NCBI GenBank assembly: GCA_041175505.1
Contig: JBEDET010000001.1
Location: forward strand, 45,733-109,732
DNA length: 64,000 bases
From: Pseudomonadota bacterium
GTDB taxonomy: Bacteria; Pseudomonadota; Alphaproteobacteria; Sphingomonadales; Sphingomonadaceae
Direction: 5' to 3'
Part shown: piece by piece, positions 59,541 through 64,000 of the stretch
How the letters are laid out: every line of letters starts with the position of its first letter
Numbering within the stretch: position 1 is the first letter of the stretch
Translations under genes and position numbers: made by a program
Notes under the pieces: generated by a model
Seen by the model: only the letters and a program-made list of their open reading frames with translations
Told to the model about the DNA's origin: nothing
Database searches by the model: none

Positions 59541-62408
59541 TTACATTTTGAAGCGTGCACCAAACAGGATGGTCCGGCCAAAATGGTTGTTCTCATAGTT
59601 GCGGTCCGCATCAAAGTCGGTGAACCGGTAGCGATAGGTATCCAGCAAGTTGTTGCCTTCTAAAGATACTTCCATCCACTCGGTCAGCTTGTAACGGACA
59701 GAGGCGTCAAAGTTGGTGGTTGCGCCATAACCTTCCAAAATGTTGCCCGTGCCGCTTGCGCCTTCATGATAGCGGCCACGATAGCTCAGCATCCCGCGGG
59801 CACTGAACTTGCCATCATCATAATAAAGCGTGCCGTTAAATGCCTTTTTGGTGACATTACCCAGCGTATTGCTGACGACCGCATTCTGCAAAGCACCACC
59901 TGGGGCAATTGCAGGGCCTTGGACATTGAAGCTCGCGTTCGAGTCAATGAACGTGGCGTTTGCAAGGACGCCGAAGTTGGAAAGCATGCCATCTGTGAAC
60001 GCGCTGAACGGAATTTGCGCAGCGAGTTCGATACCCTTCAGTTTCGCACCCGAACCATTGACGGTGGTAGCCAGCGTCCAACGTGGTTCAGCCTGTTGCG
60101 CCGGGTTCAAAGCCGCTGGTGATGCGGGGCTGAGCACCGATGCTGGCAAACCGGTTTGCGCAAATGTTGCGCCGGTAATCGACGCCGATTGCGTAAAGGT
60201 GCTGACGTCCTTTTTGAACACTGCGAGCGACAATACGGCCTGAGGCGCGAAATACCATTCGAGCGACAAGTCATAGTTTCGGGCACGATAGGGATTCAGG
60301 AACGGGTTACCGCTGGTGACGCGATAGTTAAATCCGTCTGCCGAACCACCTGGGGTCAACGAACCCAGCGTTGGGCGTGTCATCACGTCTGCAACCGCAA
60401 CGCGCACGATTGTGCTTTCCGTTGGGTACAAAGCAAGGTTTGCCGATGGCAACCAATCGTCATAGCTACGGGTGACGGTCGCGGTGACGCCGCTGACGAG
60501 GCCATATGAAGACTGGTCGGTCTTCGCATAACGAATGCCTGCATTCAGTGCATATTCAATTCCAAGGACATCGCCCTTGGCGTCCGCTTGCAGATAGGCA
60601 CCCTTGGTCGTTTCTTGAACGCCGCGGATGTTACCGGCATCAATTGCTGCAGTAAGGTTGTACAGGCCAGTGAACGCGGTTGCGGCGTCGAGTTTAGGCA
60701 CGATCCAGCCGTTTGTGTTTCCAGCTGGCTGACCTGCGTTACCCAGGCTGAACGATTGCGACAAAGCGGGCGTAACCGCAAAGCCATAAACCGCCGTTGG
60801 CCCAAACAGGCTGCTTGCCGAGCAAGTGATTGTACCCGCTGTGCTGGTTACGCGGCTTGTGCCGCCGTTACCGCAAACAGCGGTATCACGGGTGTAGGCT
60901 TCGGCATCGAAGTTGAACCGGCGCCATACGGCACCCGCCTTCAATGTGATATTTTCATTAACGTCCCACTCGGTCCGCAACTGTGCGGTTTTGAAGCGGT
61001 TGGTCACGTTCGAAGGCCGGTCACGGATTTCTGCAAGCTGGAAGTTTGCAGGATCCATGACGCTGGTTCCAAAGGTCAGCTTTGGACGCGCCATGTCCGT
61101 GTAGTCATAGCTATAGCCCTGCGCATCACGGTCATCGAAAATGATGGTCGTTTCGACCGGGATATCAGCGTTCGATTTTGACACGCCACCCAATGCGGTG
61201 AAGCGCAAATTGTCGGTAACGTCCTGATCCCATGTACCGCCAACCTGATAGAATTTGGTTTGCGATTCACGCAGATAATGCTCGGTACGCACCCATGCAT
61301 CATTCAGCGTCGCCGAAATCATGTTGTTGTTGGCGTCATAAACAGGGTTCACGACATTGATCGAACGCTCGTTGGAACGCAGCAATACTTCGCCCCATTG
61401 CTCTTCACGTGACGCGTCATATTTTGAAAATAGGGCATCGATCGAAAGCTTGGTCGCGTCGCTTGGTGAATATTGCACCGAACCGGTCAGGCCCAAGCGC
61501 TCACGATCGTGGGCAACTTCGCCGTAACGCGGAATACGTGGGTGGAATGCTGTCGCTGCACGGTCACAAGCGGTGCTTGGGACGTAGGTTCCGCCGCTGT
61601 TCGCGGTGGTGAAGCAATTGGTTGCGTCGACACCGTCAAAACGCGCCTGCGCCCAACGGACCGAGTTGTTGCCAAGTTCCAATGTGCTGGTTTTCGAATA
61701 AGCGGCCGAAATCGACGCACCGAGGGTACCGGCATCATTGCGCCAGCTCAGCAAACCAGCAACGCGCGGTCCAAGGTCTTTCGACAGATCATTGTACGAA
61801 CCTACGACCGAAAGCGCACCGTTAAGTCCAGCACGGCCAGCCAAAGGATTGCCGGTGTTCAGGTCGACAACCGCACCCAGCGAACCTTCGTCAAGCGATG
61901 CTTCGGCGGTTTTGCGAACCACAAGGCTGCTGAACAGTTCAGATGCAAATACGTTGAAATCGAACGCACGGTCGCGGTTTGCAGAAGCGCCGTCGGTCGA
62001 GGTAGCAATTGTCTCCATGCCGTTAACGCGCACGCGCGTGAACTGCGACGAGAGACCACGAACCGTGATAGACCGGCCTTCGCCGCCATCACGGCTGATC
62101 GAAATGCCCGGAATACGCTGAAGCGATTCCGCGAGGTTTTGGTCAGGGAATTTTGCGATGTCTTCGGCCACAATCGCGTCCACTGCAGCGACGGAATCGC
62201 GCTTCAGGTTCAGCGCTGCTTCCAACGAAGCGCGGAAACCGGTGACAACGATTGCATCACCTTCTTCTGCAGGTGCAGTTTCAGTGGCAGCATTTTCAGC
62301 CGCGGCGTCTTGCGCATGGGCCGTGCCTACCGCCAAAACGCTCAGTGAAACCGCCGACAAGAATTTCGTCGCATTTTTGCTAAATTCACGCGATCCAGAT
62401 TTAATCAT
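59541..62408 (-). CDS. TonB-dependent receptor
   Basis: Signal peptide, TonB box region (DAIVVTG), plug motifs NLAESLQRIPGISI and VRGL, C-terminal FGARFKM. ATG at 62408. Confidence 0.96.
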   Translation of the reverse strand: MIKSGSREFSKNATKFLSAVSLSVLAVGTAHAQDAAAENAATETAPAEEGDAIVVTGFRASLEAALNLKRDSVAAVDAIVAEDIAKFPDQNLAESLQRIPGISISRDGGEGRSITVRGLSSQFTRVRVNGMETIATSTDGASANRDRAFDFNVFASELFSSLVVRKTAEASLDEGSLGAVVDLNTGNPLAGRAGLNGALSVVGSYNDLSKDLGPRVAGLLSWRNDAGTLGASISAAYSKTSTLELGNNSVRWAQARFDGVDATNCFTTANSGGTYVPSTACDRAATAFHPRIPRYGEVAHDRERLGLTGSVQYSPSDATKLSIDALFSKYDASREEQWGEVLLRSNERSINVVNPVYDANNNMISATLNDAWVRTEHYLRESQTKFYQVGGTWDQDVTDNLRFTALGGVSKSNADIPVETTIIFDDRDAQGYSYDYTDMARPKLTFGTSVMDPANFQLAEIRDRPSNVTNRFKTAQLRTEWDVNENITLKAGAVWRRFNFDAEAYTRDTAVCGNGGTSRVTSTAGTITCSASSLFGPTAVYGFAVTPALSQSFSLGNAGQPAGNTNGWIVPKLDAATAFTGLYNLTAAIDAGNIRGVQETTKGAYLQADAKGDVLGIEYALNAGIRYAKTDQSSYGLVSGVTATVTRSYDDWLPSANLALYPTESTIVRVAVADVMTRPTLGSLTPGGSADGFNYRVTSGNPFLNPYRARNYDLSLEWYFAPQAVLSLAVFKKDVSTFTQSASITGATFAQTGLPASVLSPASPAALNPAQQAEPRWTLATTVNGSGAKLKGIELAAQIPFSAFTDGMLSNFGVLANATFIDSNASFNVQGPAIAPGGALQNAVVSNTLGNVTKKAFNGTLYYDDGKFSARGMLSYRGRYHEGASGTGNILEGYGATTNFDASVRYKLTEWMEVSLEGNNLLDTYRYRFTDFDADRNYENNHFGRTILFGARFKM

Positions 62409-62438
62409 TCCCACTTCCCTTCGCAATGACCCGGAATT

Positions 62439-62596
62439 GATACCGGTGTCTTTTTGATTCGAGACGCGATGGAAACCAGCGCATCCTCTCCGTTCCGGCT
62501 GCGTCTTTTAACGCTATATTGCCGCTTTTAATAACTTCGGGCACCTGTCGGGCGATGGGCAGTTTGACCCAAACGCACTTAAGGTAACCGGTGTCA
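62439..62596. promoter_or_regulatory. Two operator-like near-palindromes sharing ACCGGTGTC in the divergent TBDR/pectate lyase region
   Basis: GATACCGGTGTC at 62439-62450 and GGTAACCGGTGTCA at 62583-62596. Confidence 0.55.
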
Positions 62597-62652
62597 TTTA
62601 TACGTTGCTGCGAACTGGCCTTCATGTCAAGATAGCTTCCAAGGAGATGCAT

Positions 62653-63999
62653 ATGCTTATTCGGATGTTGTTGCTTTTGGGCCTCACTTGGGCCGCGGTT
62701 CCTGCGCAGGCTGAAACGCTTGCCTTTCCCAATGCGGTCGGTTGGGCCAAGGAAACCGTGGGCGGACGCGGCGGCCAGATTATTCGTGTCACCAGCCTGG
62801 CAGCAGAGGGGCCCGGAACGCTGAAAGCAGCCATCGAAACAAAAGGCCCGCGGATTATTGTGTTCGAGGTTGGCGGCGTCATCGACCTGAAGCGCACATC
62901 ACTTGAAATCAAAGAGCCCTTCCTGACCATTGCCGGACAGACGGCGCCCTCACCCGGCATTACAATTATCAAGGGCGGCATCGATGTGCGCGGTCATGAC
63001 GTCATCATCCGGCATATCCGGGTTAAGACGGGCGCAGACGGACAGGCAAAGCGCAGCGGCTGGGAAGCGGACTCTCTCTCCACGGTGGCGGCACATAATG
63101 TGATCATTGACCACTGCACCTTAAGCTGGGGCATTGACGAAAACATGTCGGCCAGCGGGCCACGCTTCACCGGAAAAACATTGGAAGAATGGCGCAACGG
63201 AACCAGCCGTAACATCACCTTTTCCTACAACCTAGCAGCCGAAGGCCTTGCCGATACCAGCCACCCAAAGGGCGAGCACAGCAAAGGTTCGCTCATTCAT
63301 GACAATGCGACTGGCATCCTGTTTTACCGCAACATTTGGGCTCATAATGTCGAACGCAGCCCGTTGATCAAGGGCGGCGCTCAGGCGGCGATGATCAACA
63401 ATTTGATCTACGATCCCGGCAAGCGCGCGATGCATTATAATCTGATGGCGCTCGAATGGGCTGGCCAGCCTTATGTGACCGGCGAGATGACAGCCGTCGG
63501 CAACGTGATGCGCGCTGGTCCCTCCACCGATGAGGATTTGCCGTTTCTCATGCTCGGCGGCGACGGTGATCTGCGCTATCATGGGCGTGACAACATTGCG
63601 GTCGATAAATTTGGCAATCCATTGCCGATGTTCGGCCGCTATGGCGAAACCCGCGCCAAGCTAATTGAAGTAAAGAAACCGGTTATCTGGCCATCGAACA
63701 TTGCAGTGCTCCCTGCGCGTGATGTTGAAACGCATGTGCTGGCCAATGCGGGCGCCCGTCCGTGGGATCGGGACGCAGATGATATTCGCGTGCTATTTTT
63801 CATCGCCGAGGGGCGCGGTGAAATCATCGACGACGAGACAGAGGTTAGCGCTTATCCATCACCAAAGCCAACGGCAGCGCCATTTGTAGAGGCCGATTGG
63901 AACCTTGACACGATGGAACCCAAATCCGGTCTCTATCCTGGCCAAAAGGCACCGGCGCAGGAAACCATGTCGGCACGCGACCGCGCTATGCGGCTATGA
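62653..63999 (+). CDS. Pectate lyase (PL1-type), secreted
   Basis: Signal peptide, LAFP..VG...GGRGG, IAGQTAP.PGI, IIDHC.LSW.IDE and HSKGSL. SD AAGGAG lies 6 nt before the ATG at 62653. Confidence 0.88.
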   Translation: MLIRMLLLLGLTWAAVPAQAETLAFPNAVGWAKETVGGRGGQIIRVTSLAAEGPGTLKAAIETKGPRIIVFEVGGVIDLKRTSLEIKEPFLTIAGQTAPSPGITIIKGGIDVRGHDVIIRHIRVKTGADGQAKRSGWEADSLSTVAAHNVIIDHCTLSWGIDENMSASGPRFTGKTLEEWRNGTSRNITFSYNLAAEGLADTSHPKGEHSKGSLIHDNATGILFYRNIWAHNVERSPLIKGGAQAAMINNLIYDPGKRAMHYNLMALEWAGQPYVTGEMTAVGNVMRAGPSTDEDLPFLMLGGDGDLRYHGRDNIAVDKFGNPLPMFGRYGETRAKLIEVKKPVIWPSNIAVLPARDVETHVLANAGARPWDRDADDIRVLFFIAEGRGEIIDDETEVSAYPSPKPTAAPFVEADWNLDTMEPKSGLYPGQKAPAQETMSARDRAMRL

Positions 64000-64000
64000 G

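Noticed and set aside
61473-62348. 291-aa ORF opposite the TBDR
   Set aside because: Antisense shadow ORF.

Overview
A roughly 57% GC alphaproteobacterial chromosome segment, most consistent with Sphingomonadales (Sphingorhabdus/Sphingopyxis-like; inferred from gene order and protein features, not from a database search). Positions 1 to ~53.7 kb are mostly core housekeeping genes: HPr (partial), TrmH-family methyltransferase, rmuC, pssA/psd, icd, a KefC-like antiporter, alaS, GST, an agmatinase-family enzyme, recA, cckA, smpB, dapA, slt, greB, ppk2, aspS, rnd, hdaA, purM/purN, ndk, holC, pepA, lptD-surA-pdxA-rsmA, a partial AST operon, two cysteine desulfurases with a ferredoxin, rpiB-glyA, nrdR, rpsD, aguA/aguB, folK and tRNA-Lys(UUU). 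After the tRNA, 54-64 kb is a TonB-dependent pectin/hexuronate utilization locus. Features the ORF track misses: (1) a circularly permuted two-piece tmRNA (tag ANDNEALALAA) whose 3' region has three copies of a 14-nt motif and an inserted ~46-bp palindromic element; (2) a decayed M13 peptidase remnant upstream of cckA; (3) LexA (SOS) boxes at recA and rmuC; (4) a structured rpsD leader; (5) an att-like stretch after tRNA-Lys; (6) a repeated operator-like motif in the TBDR/pectate lyase promoter region. The most unusual protein-level items are a PurN-YjbR/MmcQ fusion, an M20 hydrolase-astA-astB operon without adjacent astC/D/E, and a zinc-ribbon/glycine-zipper protein between glyA and nrdR. No CRISPR array, integrase or transposase was seen. 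All family assignments come from motif recognition by eye.
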